A DNA stretch of 64,000 nucleotides, taken from assembly GCA_030390025.1 (NCBI GenBank), contig CM059438.1, positions 58,716,001 to 58,780,000 of the forward strand, in the 5' to 3' direction. Positions 1 to 12,050 of this stretch are shown here, in pieces. The translations under genes and the position numbers were made by a program. How positions within the stretch are numbered: the first letter of the stretch is position 1; every line of letters begins with the position of its first letter. The notes under the pieces were generated by a model that was given only the letters and a program-made list of their open reading frames with translations, was not told the DNA's origin and made no database searches. The DNA comes from Squalus acanthias. Its lineage: Eukaryota.

Positions 1-559
1 GTCCTGTTATTAAATTGAACAAATTTGAATGACGGGGGGGCAGAATGACAGCGCTGTGACCCCCACCACCCTCACCACCCACCCCCGTCCCTCACTTCCC
101 AGTTGCTTTCTGCTGCCCTCACTGTCCCATGTCTTATGACTGTCCTCGTTATTCTCCCGTGCGGCAGTCTGTGCCTCCTGTTCTACACCTTCCCTCAGGC
201 TGTGGTGTGCGGTGAGTTCTCGTGTTTGCCTCCGTTGCTGCAGGTCTCCATGTTGAAGGTGAGGAAGCTTCCAGGACCCAGCAGCAGTGGCTGGTTCTGC
301 TGGCCCAGGCCGTGAATATGGGGAGTCTCCCAGCAAATGATGGCAGCCCAGGGTATTAGACGAAAAGCTGAAGCTTGGATAAACCAAACCAGTTCAAAAT
401 AAATCAATTAAATCAAATTTCATGCAGCGCTTCGGATCTAGGTGCTTCATCTCTCCATTTCCATCTCCTGTTCAGCATCAAGTTTTCAATCAAGGGAGGA
501 ATCATCTGACTCTTTCTTGGCGTGACTGTTTCCTGCCATTGTGCTGGGGTTGCATAAGG

Positions 560-1200
560 ACTGGACAATGACCACCTCCAACAAGTGTAGGTCCAGCCAT
601 CTCCCCCCATCTTCACCAGCACCACGACCATCATCGACCTCCACTATCAACATCCTGGAGGTCACCATTGGTGGGTTACGTTGACCAGAAGCTTAACTAG
701 TCCAGTCATTATCTACACTGGCTACAGGAGCAGGCTGGGTACTCCGAAAAGTGGCCCTTCTCCTGAACCTTCATAAGTATCTCCACCGTCTCTGTGAATC
801 AAATCAGGAGTGTGATGGAATACTCGTCACTTGTCTGGGTGGGTGCACCTGCAACAATACACGAGAAACCCAACACCATCCAGGACAAAGCAATCCATTT
901 GATTGGTGCCCCTGCCATTGGACTCTATCCACCACCAGCACTGCATTGTGGCTGCAGTGTGTGCGATCTACACAATGCAATGCTGCAACTCACCAAAGTC
1001 GCTTCACCAGCACCTCCCTCCCCTGCGAGCTCTACCTCTGAGAAGGACACAAGTAGCAATGTCATGGGAGCACCATCACTTCCAAGTTCCCCTCCAAGTC
1101 ACACACCATCCTGGCTCACCACCATCGTCCCAGAGCACCTAGGGCTGGGCAACAAATATCGGCCTTGCCAGCGACGCCCATAATCCCGAGAAGATATTTT
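560..1200 (+). mobile_element. Degenerate non-LTR retrotransposon (CR1/L2-group) ORF2 C-terminal fragment
   Basis: Broken translation QIRSVMEYSSLVWVGAPATIHEKPNTIQDKAIHLIG resembles the post-RT region of CR1-group LINEs; many disablements; boundaries approximate. Confidence 0.55.
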
Positions 1201-1802
1201 TTAAACAGAGCTGGACACAGTTGAATAAAACACGAAGCCTAGAAGATACACCGTGGGATAATGGTTCATCTGAATTTCCCCTCTCGCTATTTTACCTGAG
1301 GTGATAGTCTATTTGTTTTTAACTTGATTAAGATCAGTGTTAAAATAGTAGAGGAATTTACTAGGAATGTATAAAACATCTCTGTGTGACCATCCTACAG
1401 AGTAATCTCGAACTCCAGGAGTTGATGGAGACGGAGGGACAGGTTGGTAATCAGTGCCACGATCACATGCTTCTGCTGCCAATAAGCAGACTGAGCTAGG
1501 TTTAATTCCCATCAAAGATGGTTAACAGCCAAAATGTGTGTGGGGGGGGCGGGGGGGAGGTCAGACATCGCAGGGATCGGGGGTGCGGGGGGAGAGAGTT
1601 GACCGATCATGAAATGTTTAAAAGATTAGCTTGGTGGGCCGGGGGAAGCACTCCTGTTCCTCCTGGCGCACAGGCAGTGCTGGAAAGGCACTTACCTGAC
1701 GGATCTGGCCCTTCTGGCCTCCTCTCATCTGCAGAAGTTAAAAAATAAAACGTTAGTTAAAATGGAGGCACGCAGCCTCCTTCAAATATTTTAATGACTA
1801 CG

Positions 1803-1979
1803 CGCCTCCTGAGAGCGGATTGGTCGCCCGGCCCTGGCCTCGCCTCCTGAGAGCGGATTGGTCGCCCGGCCCTGGCCTCGCCTCCTGAGAGCGGATTGGT
1901 CACCCGGCCCTGGCCTCGCCTCCTGAGAGCGGATTGGTCGCCCGGCCCTGGCCCGCCTCCTGAGAGCGGATTGGTCGCC
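1803..1979. repeat. 38-bp minisatellite, about 4.7 copies
   Basis: Unit CGCCTCCTGAGAGCGGATTGGTCGCCCGGCCCTGGCCT starts at 1803, 1841, 1879, 1917 and 1954. Confidence 0.9.
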
Positions 1980-2402
1980 GCCCCCGTTAAAACGGGAAGT
2001 GAGCGAGTTCAGGTCGGGTTTCCTGTTTTTAATTTAACCCGGCCTAGTGGGGTTAACATTACCCCTATTTGTCTGGGCATGTCTCTTCTACACAGTCGTG
2101 AGCTCCCGATCAGGTGTCTCTCACACTCGTGATAAATGTGAGGTACCCAGCGGGCAAGTACAACCCATTTCATGCTGGATCGTCCCCCTCCCCCAGCTTA
2201 ATGCAAAATTATATCTAATTTGGTTTTCAGTGTTTCTTTGAACATCTGAGAACTTCTGCACACCCTCTGGATCTATTGAACCAGGTGGTGAGACTCCTTT
2301 AGAACCATAGATGTAAACAGCACAGTCGTTGGCCATTCAGCCCATTGTTTCTGAGCTGTCTCTTTGTTCGTCCAATCCAAAACCATTGCCGCAGTCCTGC
2401 AG

Positions 2403-2610
2403 GTGTCAGCCTTGGCTCAGTGGTAGCGAGCTCGCCTGTGAGTCAGAAAGTTGTGGGTTGCTCACTCCAGAGACTTAAGCTCATATGAGCTGCCGTGTTT
2501 CCTACATTACAACAGTGACTACACTCCAAAACTACTTCAGTGGCTGTAAAGCGCTTGGGGACATCCTGATTTTGTAAAAGACAGTGTATAAATGCAAGTC
2601 TTTTTATCTT
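2403..2610 (+). mobile_element. tRNA-derived SINE, internally deleted copy
   Basis: tRNA-like head (TGGCTCAGTGGTAGC...GAGTCAGAAAGTTGTGGGTT) joined to the same 3' tail as the complete copy at 3216-3615. Confidence 0.75.
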
Positions 2611-2959
2611 CCTTTATCTTCTCTACTTCAAATGCTGATCTAGTCTTTCCATAAAAGATACAGTGAACTTCTCCCTGTGGAAACCATTCCCTGGTTCAAC
2701 AACGCTGTGAAGGAATCTCTCCTCTCTCCCTCTCGGTGACGATTTCAAATTGATGACTCCTTGTTGCTGGCTCTCCAGCCAATGGGATCGACCTCTCCCT
2801 ATTTACCCCTTCGAAACCTTTCACTGTTTACAAAACTTCCATTAAAGCGCTTTGTGGCTGTGGAAAGAATCTCGCCGTCTCCAGTGACTGAGAGCCAGAT
2901 GGAGATGTTCAAAGTTAGAGGGGCATTTTCTTGGGATGCTATTTTAGGTCCAAGGTGGA

Positions 2960-3615
2960 AAAAAGAAAGACTTGCATTTATATAGCGCCTTTCACGACCA
3001 CCAAACATCTCAAAGCGCTTTACAGCCAATGAAGTACTGTTTGAAGTGGAGTCACTGTTGTAATGTAGGAAATGTGGCAGCCAATTTGCGCACAGCAAGG
3101 TCCCACAAACAGCAATGTGATAATGACCAGATAATCTGTTTTTGTTATGTTGGTTGAGGGATAATTATTATCCAGGACACCGGGGATAACGCACCTGCTC
3201 TTCTTCAAAATAGCCAATGCTATTTACAGACAATGAAGTGCTTTTGAACTGTAGTCACTGCTGTAATGTAGGGAGCGTGGCAGCCAATTTGCGCACAGCA
3301 ATGTGATAATGACCAGGTAATCTGATTTTTTGTTATGTTGGTTGAGGGATAAGTATTGGCCAGGACACCGGGGATAACTCCCCTGCTCTTCTTCGAAATA
3401 GTGCCATGGGATCTTTTACACCCACCTGAGAGAGCAGACGGGGCCTCGGTTTAACGTCTCATCCGAAAGACGGCACCTCCGACAGTGCAGCACTCCCTCA
3501 GCACTGCACTGGAGTGTCAGCCTGGATTTATGTGCTCAAGTCTCTGGAGTGGGACTTGAACCCACAGCCTTCTGACTCAGAGGCGAGAGTGAGAGCAGTG
3601 AGGCACGGCTGACAC
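2960..3615 (-). mobile_element. Deu-domain SINE (SacSINE1/AmnSINE-like): near-complete copy (~3216-3615) plus an adjacent second 3' half (~2960-3215)
   Basis: Minus strand shows a tRNA-like head, a central GGATGAGACGTTAAACCGAGGCCCCGTCTGC...GATCCCATGGCACTATTTCGAAGAAGAGCAGGGGAG block and an L2-like tail ending TATATAAATGCAAGTCTTTCTTT. Confidence 0.8.
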
Positions 3616-4159
3616 TGTCACTGTCTACAATGTCACTGAAAACTCACTGGAAGGACTCAGCCTAACAGCATCTTTGGATCAGAAGATCAGATAAAGACCA
3701 CTTCACAAATGGTTAACTCTTGTGGAACAGGTTTGAGTGAGTAAGAATTCTGGTCATAGTCTGGGTTTTCAGTCATAGTTCTGTGGAATTCTAAGCATCT
3801 GAGGCTGTAAACTCCCTGAACTCAGTGTCTAAACCCACCCAACTGGGTCACAGGTGCAGCAGTCCTCCTGATCTGTAGGAGTGCTGCACGCTCTGTGTAC
3901 TGGAGCATCTGAACAGGGATCTGTCACAAAGCCACCCCCTCGCATCACGACAGAGGCTCCGGGGCAGAGGGATGGTGCAGAGGCTGACTCAGCCCACAAT
4001 TCATGATCATGGTTACTCCTGAGTGTCAGGAACATCCGTAAATCACCATGTCACCTCGTTAGATTGGGGTACAGTAGTGAATTCCTCAGTAAAAAAATTT
4101 TAAAATTCAAGATGTACCTGTTAGTGTCCTTGCGCCCAAAATATCCAGCTTAACTTTAA

Positions 4160-4420
4160 GAGCCTCCTCGAAGGCCTGCAAACGAGTCCAATTTGCGGAA
4201 ACTTACCGTGGTGATTAATTCACCCGGGGGCATGCTCAGTTTTGTGGGCGGGGCCTGCTTCTGGTCCGATGTTTTTAAAACTAGCGCAAAAGATCGCGGA
4301 AACTCGAGTTGCGCTGAACGCAATTTGCGCTTAAAATTCCGCAATCGTTTGCGACGGTTACGCCGATATCGTGGAAATTGCGCTGAAAAAAACAGCACAA
4401 TCGAGTGGAAACTCCAGGCC
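4160..4420. mobile_element. Right half of a Harbinger-type MITE, related to 24299-24847
   Basis: Shares GATGTTTTTAAA..AGCGCAAAAGATCGCGGAAACTCGAGTTG with ~24710-24760; ends GTGGAAACTCCAGGCC; left end not found. Confidence 0.6.
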
Positions 4421-4590
4421 ATTATCCCATTGCTGTTTGTGGGATCTTGCTGTGCGCAAATTGGCTGCCACGTTTCTGACATTGCAACAATGACTACACT
4501 TCAATAAAGTACTTCATTGGCTGTGAAACGCTTTGGGATGTCCAGAGGTCGTGTAAGGTGTTAGATCTTAATTTCATTCTTTTTCTTTTA
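4421..4590 (+). mobile_element. Deu-SINE 3' tail fragment
   Basis: ATTGCTGTTTGTGGGATCTTGCTGTGCGCAAATTGGCTGCC matches the other SINE copies. Confidence 0.7.
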
Positions 4591-4868
4591 AGAAGTAAGA
4601 AAAACACGGAAGAGAATGTTTCTAAACTTACCTGAAATTGGGCTGAATAGTCAGAATTTTTACTTTATCAAACTTGCCTGAAGTGAGGCTGAAGCCGCTG
4701 TACTGGGGCGGTGTGCAGGTGCTCCAGTCCGACTGCACCACCTGCTCTACACTTCCACCTGCTGGCGTGACTGGGCCTGTGACAGCCGATGGCTGCTCGG
4801 TTTATCATGGGAAACACTATCGCACTGCCACCTACAGGTATGACGGGGAATATCACTTATTTTGTTCT

Positions 4869-5220
4869 TCTGTGGACAGAGTAGATAGAGAGAAACTGTT
4901 CCCATTGGCAGAAGGGTCGAGAACCAGAGGACACAGATTTAAGGTGATTGGCAGAAGAGCCAAAGACGACATGAGGAAAAACTTTTTTACGCAGCGAGTG
5001 GTTAGGATCTGGAATGCACTGCCTGAAAGGGTGGTAGAGGCAGATTCAATCTCGGCTTTCAAAAGGGAGTTGGATAAGTACTTGAAGGAAAATAATTTGC
5101 AGGGCTACGGGGAAAGGGTGGAGAGTGGGACTAGCTGAAGTGCTCTCGCAGAGAGCCGGCACGGGCTTGACGGGCCGAATGGCCTCCTTCCATGCTGTAA
5201 CCATTCTATGATTCTATTCT
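4869..5220 (+). mobile_element. CR1 LINE 3' end
   Basis: DRVDREKLFPLAEGSRTRGHRFKV...KNFFTQRVVRIWNALPERVVEA followed by a 3' UTR and ATTCTATGATTCT tail. Confidence 0.9.
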
Positions 5221-5713
5221 ATCCCTGGTTACTCTCACCTATTTAAATAACACCATCGCCAAGTAGTGAGAATTTCTTCCGGAGATCCCAAGGTGCTGCA
5301 GGATTTGGATAAGGAAGATGGGTTCCCGAGAGGCTAATAAATGCCGCTGCAACAACACCCGAGGGGGGAGAAATTCATTACAGCCCAGGAATGAGCGGTA
5401 ACTTCAGAAAAGTTTGAGATTTAGCGCCAGGCGTGAATGAATCATGCTGTGCGCAAAATTAAGTCTTATCGCTCAAAGAAAGGATTGGAGTGCGAAATCA
5501 AGCGCTAATGGCCTAGCTCAGTGGCATTACACTCAAAGCGCTGACCAATAACCAGTCTAATCGCAAGTCATCATTGCCACAGGCTCTTTCCAGTTCTTAA
5601 AGGGAAGGTTCATTGATGCTGCAGAACCTCATTCTCAGCATTGCAGGCAGTGAACCTATGTCAGTAAGCAGGAGCAGGCCAAGCCCAAGGAGCCGGACGA
5701 CCCAAGCAGGTGT

Positions 5714-7554
5714 CATGAAGGCAGATCCACGCCCCAGGGAGAGAGCCTGCAGATTTTTGGACCAAGCATTGGAGGAGTTGGTGTTCGCTGTGCTGAGTCG
5801 GAGGGCAATGCTCGACAAGGCAAGTGGCAGGAGGCCCTCGCCGCAAGTCTTCCGCACCATGTGGAGGGAGGTAGCCCAGTACATCTCGGGCAGCACTGTG
5901 GTCCCCAGGACCCACACGCAGTGCAGGAAGAAATTTAACAACCTCACTCGGGTGGTCAGGGTGAATGAATGCTTCAATAAATGCTACATACCACCACCTG
6001 AACCTCAGTCTGCACACACTGCCCAAATCATCACACTCCCAGCACTCACCCACCAACAATCTCCACCTACCAACACTCACACCCACATCTCACACCTTGC
6101 ACACAATGACAGCTATTCAACAATGGCAGGCACATCTCCCAAACACATTGCTCCACACTCACTCACACACTTTCCTTTATCTTGCAGGCCAAGGTGGCTC
6201 ACAACAGGAGGAAGCAGGAGCGCACAGGCGGGGGACAAGCCGACACCCAAACACTGTCTGCGCTGGAAAATAGAGTGCTGGAGATTATTGGGCGCCAGGT
6301 GGTGGGCGCCGTGGCCTCCGGCGCAATGACCCCCTTGGGGACAACAACGGTATGTTCATCCCTACTCCTCCTTCTCACATCACCCTTCCCGCTCACCCCA
6401 TAAGCCTTTCCCACTTTCCAGCTGATCATGCTGTATGCATGCATACTCCCTTCCTGCCCCCCTCCCCTCCCCTTAACCCGACTCTTATGCCTTTATGCTT
6501 TCAGATAATGAGCAGCCTGTCCCTGAGGACACCATAGAGAGCGAAGCGGGAGAAGAGGAGAAGGAAGAACACACCGCGTCACTGCATGTCTCACCCGCAG
6601 ACACCAGCTCAGACACTGGCACTACACGTTCTTTAGAGGCTGGTATCGTAGCGGGATCTGCACAGGGTGAGACACCGGGGACAAGTGGGCTGCAGCAAGA
6701 CCAGGGGGAAAGGGTAGCTCGGGGGCCAGCTCCCCGGAGGGTGAGATCGCGCGCGAGTTCTGCTGCACAGGACTCAGATGAGGACCTCGATGGGGAGGTG
6801 TTTAGAAGAAGGGTGATGGGCATGCACACGGAGATCATAGGTGCAATGGCAAGGGTGCCCAAGAGTCTCTCGGCAATGGTAAGGAGTGAGGAAGAGTCCG
6901 CCTCCAACATTGCACAAGGCTCAGCGCACACCATGGAGCCCATCATTTCCAGTCTGCAAAGGAGGTCTGGCAGCTTCCATTGCAGCACAGGCTGAAGCGA
7001 CGCAACGTCTTAGTGCTGTAATGGAGTCTATGGTTGCTGGCATCCAATCTCAGACGGCTCTCATGCAGACTCAGCTTGATGCCACCCAAGCTCTGACTGC
7101 TGCCATCGTGGCTGGGTCTACCACCGTCGACCGGGGCTTTCACGGTGTCACAGCAGGCCAGCAATCTGTGCTCCAAGAGATTGCTAGGGATGCTGAGGTG
7201 CTGCCCCGGGGGAGTGGCAGTGGGTCAGTGGAGCAGGAACCTGCTGTCCTCTCTCAGGATGACAGCATTCATGGTCCAATCGCTATCACCCCACCATTAC
7301 CCTTGTTGCTGCCTGTCATCCAGCCAGCCCAGACTGCCGCCGCCCAGCCTGAGGTGGTGCAGTATACAGCCGGGCCTTCCAGGCCCAGAGCTGGTCGAGC
7401 GCATCCTGCAAGGCCATCTGAAGTCTCCCGCACGGACACTCAGCAGCCTTCCACCAGCTGTGCTGCAGCCACTGGGCCAACACTTCGTAGGAGCACTAGA
7501 GTAGGCAAAGGCACAGTAACGACAGGCACTAAGGGATTGTACAAGGGTGAATAG
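5714..7554 (+). pseudogene. Harbinger Myb/SANT (trihelix-like) DNA-binding gene, 3 exons (~5714-5960, 6188-6349, 6505-7554), frameshifted
   Basis: RACRFLDQALEELV...MWREVAQYIS...RTHTQCRKKFNNLTR, then AKVAHNRRKQERTGGG; GT-AG sites at the same positions as the intact gene at 38706-40579; phase mismatch near 6340 and a frameshift near 6950; start codon uncertain. Confidence 0.8.
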
Positions 7555-7581
7555 TTAATATTGTTGTTGTAAATATGTGTT

Positions 7582-7813
7582 TGTGGCGGATTGCCACCTA
7601 AACGGGCATTATCAACTTTTCCGTCCGTGGACAATATATCGAGCACCTTGCCTTTAAGGCAGTAGAAAAAGGAGTGGGCGGGGCCTCAGGGTTTTTCCAG
7701 AGAATTCTGGGAGCAGTCTGTTCAGCCATTTTGGACCATGCAGTTGTATTAAAAAGCCTTTGTTTTCCACACATGGATTCAGTCTTAATTCGTGTTTCGC
7801 GGCAGCCTCAACA
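7582..7813 (+). repeat. Gypsy 5' LTR
   Basis: TGTGGCGGA...CCTCAACA, direct repeat of 11677-11908. Confidence 0.95.
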
Positions 7814-7814
7814 T

Positions 7815-7828
7815 TGGTGACCCCGACG
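7815..7828 (+). other. Primer binding site, probably tRNA-Trp
   Basis: TGGTGACCCCGACG lies 1 nt after the LTR and matches the start of the tRNA-Trp PBS known from avian retroviruses. Confidence 0.8.
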
Positions 7829-7853
7829 CTCAGAACGTATTCCGAGCACTGCA

Positions 7854-10800
7854 ATGGCGGACACGAACGCAGTTTCCGTGAAACTGCCGGAGTTTTGGGT
7901 AAACCAGCCCGAAGCCTGGTTTCTCCAAGCTGAATCCCGCTTCCGGCTGTGAAACATCACCACAGATGGGACGCAGTACGACTACCTCGTCACATCACTC
8001 GGTAGCGCCACAGTTTCGAAGGTTTGGACAGCGCTGCAGAACCCACCAGAGGAAGGCAAGTATGCACATCTCAAGGCAGCGCTCCTTAAAAAATTTACGG
8101 CCTCGGCATATCAGCGAAACTGCCACCTCCTCGACCTTCCAGGCCTCGGTGATGCCTCACCGTCAGACCTCCTCTCCCACATGCTCTCCCTCACCGACGA
8201 GAGCCCACCCGGATCCCTCTTCCGCACGCTGTTCATCCGCCAGCTCCCTCTCAGCATCCGCCCAGCGATCGTGGCGTCCGGCCTCACAAACCTGGAAGCC
8301 CTGGCCGATGAGGCCGACAAGCTGCTGTCCGCTCACTCCAGCCGCGACGTCACTCCGGACCTGGCAGCCAATGCCTGGGCGCGCCCCTCACCGGCCACCA
8401 CGCGGCCACAAGGACCAGCCACCAGGCCCACGGGGCCTTCGCGCCCCACTAACCCGGGCCACTGTTACTACCACGCACGGTTCGGCGCCAGGGCACAACG
8501 GTGCACACCTCCCTGCTCTTTCAAGTCCGCCCCCGTACCAGCCCCCACGATGGCCGTGGGCCACGCGGGCTCCCTGCTGTACGTCACGGATGACAAAACC
8601 GGCCGCCGGTTCCTGTGCGACACTGGGGCTCAGCACAGCATCATCCCGGCCTCCTCCCTCGACATCCAAAAGGGCGAACGAGGACCGGCGCTGGCTGCTG
8701 CTAACGGCTCGGAAATCCGGACGTACGGCACCTGGACAGTCACCCTCGACCTCGCTGGTCGCCGCTACCGATGGGAGTTCATCACTGCCAAGGTGCTCTC
8801 CCCTCTCATCGGTGCAGATTTCCTGTGCGCCCACGGCCTACTGGTAGACATCCCTCGTCACCGCCTCGTGGACATGAACACCATCCTGGGTGCCATGGCC
8901 CCCCGTCAACCCGCCGACATGGCGTCACAGTGCCACGCCTGGGCCACGGATGACTACTCGGCATTCCTGGCCGAATTCCCGGCCCTTACCAATCCGACCT
9001 TCTCCGCGGAGGCCGCCAAACACGGGGTGGAACACTTCATCCCCACCACAGGCCCCCCAGTGTACGCCCACGCCCGCAGGCTGGACCCGGCCAAACTGGA
9101 GATCGCGCGGACCGAGTTTGCCACCATGGAACAGCTCGGCATCATCCGCCGCTCCAACAGTCCCTGGGCCTCTCCACTCCACATCGCCCCCAAACCAGGC
9201 GGGGGTTGGCGTCCCTGCGGGGATTACCGCCGCCTCAACGACGCCACCACCCCTGATCGGTACCCCGTGCTGCACATTCAGGACTTCTCGGCTAGACTGG
9301 CCGGCCGCTCAGTCTTTTCCAAGGTCGACCTGGTGCGCGGCTACCACCAAGTCCCCGTCCACCCCGCGGACGTCCCCAAGACGGCCGTAATCACCCCCTT
9401 TGGCCTGTTCGAGTTCCTGCGGATGCCCTTCGGCCTCAAAAATGCGGCCCAGGCATTCCAACGGCTCATGGACTCGGTCCTTCGGGACCTGAAGTTCCTG
9501 TTCGTCTACCTGGACGACATCCTGGTAGCCAGTTCCTCCAAGCAGGAACACCTCGAACACCTTTGCATCCTGTTCGGGTGCCTCAGCGACCATGGGCTCA
9601 TCCTCAGCCCAGCCAAATGCCAGTTCGGCCTGGACAAGATCGACTTCCTCGGCCACCACATCACCCATGCTGGGGCCATTCCCCTGCCCACCAAGGTGCA
9701 GGCCGTCCAACAATTTCCCCGCCCCACCACCATCAAAGGCCTCCAGGAGTTCCTCGGGATGGTGAATTTCTATAACCGCTTCATCCCCAAAGCGGCGTCC
9801 CTCATGAGGCCCCTGTATGAAGCCCTCCGGGGCAGGAGCGGCAAGATGGCGGTCGAATGGACGGCAGATGCGTCCGCCGCCTTCGACTCCACCAAGACCG
9901 CGCTCACCAACGCCACCCTGCTCGGGCACCCACGGCCCAATGCCAGGGTAGCGCTCACCACGGACGCCTCCGACCACGCGGTCGGCGCCGTGTATGAGCA
10001 GTGGGTCGACGGCGCCTGGCAACCACTTGCCTTTTTCAGCTGCCAACTACGTCCCCCGGAGGTCAAGTACAGCACCTTCGACCGCGAGCTCCTCGCGCTG
10101 TTCCTGGCACTCCGCCATTTTCGGTTTTTGCTTGAGGGCCACCCCTTCATTGCGTTTGTCGACCACAAGCCCCTGACATTCGCAATGGCAAAGACAACCA
10201 ACCCTGGTCCGCCAGGCAGCAGCGCCAGCTCGCGGCAGTGTCCGAGTTCACCACGGACATCCAACACATCTCCGGCCGAGACAATGTGGTAGCCGACTGC
10301 CTCTCCCGCCCCGCCATCCACGCCGCACACCTGGCAGTCGACTACGCTCAACTCGCAGCAGACCAGATCACCGACCCTGATCTGCTCGCCGCACCTACCA
10401 ACCTACCAGGGCTACGCCTGGCCGACGTCGCCTGTGGCCCGACCGCAGTCACGGTCAAGTGCGACATATCCCTATGTCAACCTCGGCCCATCGTCCCAGC
10501 GTCCTGGCGCCACCGGGTATTCGACATTCTCCACAACCACTCCCACCCCGGCGCCCGCGCATCCATCAAATTGGTAGCCAACCGCTTCGTCTGGCGCGGC
10601 CTTCGCAAGGATATGCGTACTTGGGCCAACTCCTGCCTAGCCTGCCAACGAGCCAAGGTACAGCAACACACGAAAGCACCCCTCGAGGAGTTTGCCGTCC
10701 CCTCGCGGAGATTCGACCACATCCACGTGGACATCGTCGGGCCCCTGCCGCCGTCGCAAGGCCACACGCACTTGCTGACAATCGTTGACCGCACCACGCG

Positions 10801-11656
10801 CTGGCCCGAGGCAATTCCACTGACCTCTACCACCACCGCCGACATCGCCAGAGCCTTCGTCAGCACCTGGATTGCACAGTTCGGCGTCCCCTCCGACATG
10901 ACGTCGGACAGAGGTCCGCAATTTACCTCTGAACTCTGGACCGCTGTCGCACGCAATCTCGGGGTGACCATTCACCGCACCACATCATACCACCCCCAAG
11001 CCAACGGACTGTGTGAGCGGTTCCACAGATCCTTGAAGGCATCGCTTCGAGCCAGCCTCCAGGACGGCGCCTGGACCGACCGACTTCCGTGGGTCCTCCT
11101 CGGCCTGCGCACCGCGGTTAAAGAAGACCTCCACACATCGGCAGCAGAGCTTGTGTACGGTCAGCCACTGCGCGTACCCGGCGAGTTCCTGCCCACCGCC
11201 ACGACACCCTGGTCAGACGACCAGCAACGCCACGACTTCGCCTCACCGGCGCTGCAGTTCGCCCCGGTGCCCATTGCCCGACACGGCGAATCCACCTCAC
11301 ACGTCCCACTAAGCCTGCACCAAGCACGGTTCGTTTTCATCCGGCATGACGCCCACCGCGGACCCCTTCAACCCCCGTACGACGAGCCCTACAAGGTGCT
11401 ACAGGCTGGGGACAAATTTTTCACCCTGCAAGTGGGCGACAGGACCGAAAAAGTGTCGGTTGACCGACTCAAGCCAGCACACTCGGAGCCCGGTGAGCAG
11501 GTCCCTGTAGCTCGCCCACCTCCACGCGGCCGACCTGCCCTCAAGCCGGTTCACCCGGCTGCTCCACGCCCGGCCGTTACACGTCCACCGGCGTCCTACA
11601 AGAGCCGCTCCGGCCGGCCCATCAGACCGCCGCACCATCTCGTCCACACCTCCTAA
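7854..11656 (+). pseudogene. Gypsy gag-pol single-ORF polyprotein with one stop (7950-7952) and one frameshift (~10203)
   Basis: Gag VKLPEFW..PEAWF and CYYH..C; protease FLCDTGA; RT YLDD; RNase H TDAS..DHKPL; integrase H..H..C..C, DIVG, SDRG, NGLCERFHR. Confidence 0.93.
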
Positions 11657-11676
11657 GCGGATTCTGGGGGGAGCTG

Positions 11677-11908
11677 TGTGGCGGATCGCCACCTAAACGG
11701 GCATTTTCCACTTTTCTGTCCGTGGACAATATATCAAGCACCTTGCCTTTAAGGCAGGAGAAAAAGGAGTGGGCGGGGCCTCAGGATTTATCCAGAGAAT
11801 TCTGGGAGCAGTCTGTTCAGCCATTTTGGACCATGCAGTTGTATTAAAAAGCCTTTGTTTTCCACACATGGATTCAGTCTTAATTTGTGTTTCACGGCAG
11901 CCTCAACA
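11677..11908 (+). repeat. Gypsy 3' LTR, preceded by PPT GGGGGGAG (11666-11673)
   Basis: Direct repeat of the 5' LTR with 10 substitutions in 232 bp by manual count. Confidence 0.95.
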
Positions 11909-12050
11909 TGTTCACTGATTATTGATTAATGTATTAATTCGGTTTGGACTCTTTTGTGGTGTGTCTCATTTCAGCTTTGCACTGTGAAATGGCCTGCAAC
12001 AGGGATGGACTGATGGGGATGTGGTGAGCAACGGGGATCTGGGGTTTAAT

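Larger units (their letters stand above)
7582..11908 (+). mobile_element. Ty3/Gypsy LTR retrotransposon, full length
   Basis: Two 232-bp TG...CA LTRs, 4-bp TSD TGTT (7578-7581, 11909-11912), PBS, PPT, and gag-PR-RT-RH-IN domain order. Confidence 0.97.

Noticed and set aside
3540..3615. tRNA gene
   Set aside because: It is the degenerate tRNA-derived head of a SINE and is contiguous with the SINE body
5613..6329. Single 238-aa CDS
   Set aside because: It reads through an intron; homology to the intact Myb gene resumes only after splicing at 5960/6188
10190..10240. Programmed frameshift between the two Gypsy ORFs
   Set aside because: It falls inside the RNase H C-terminal motif (PWSARQQRQL) with no slippery heptamer; best explained as a 1-bp deletion
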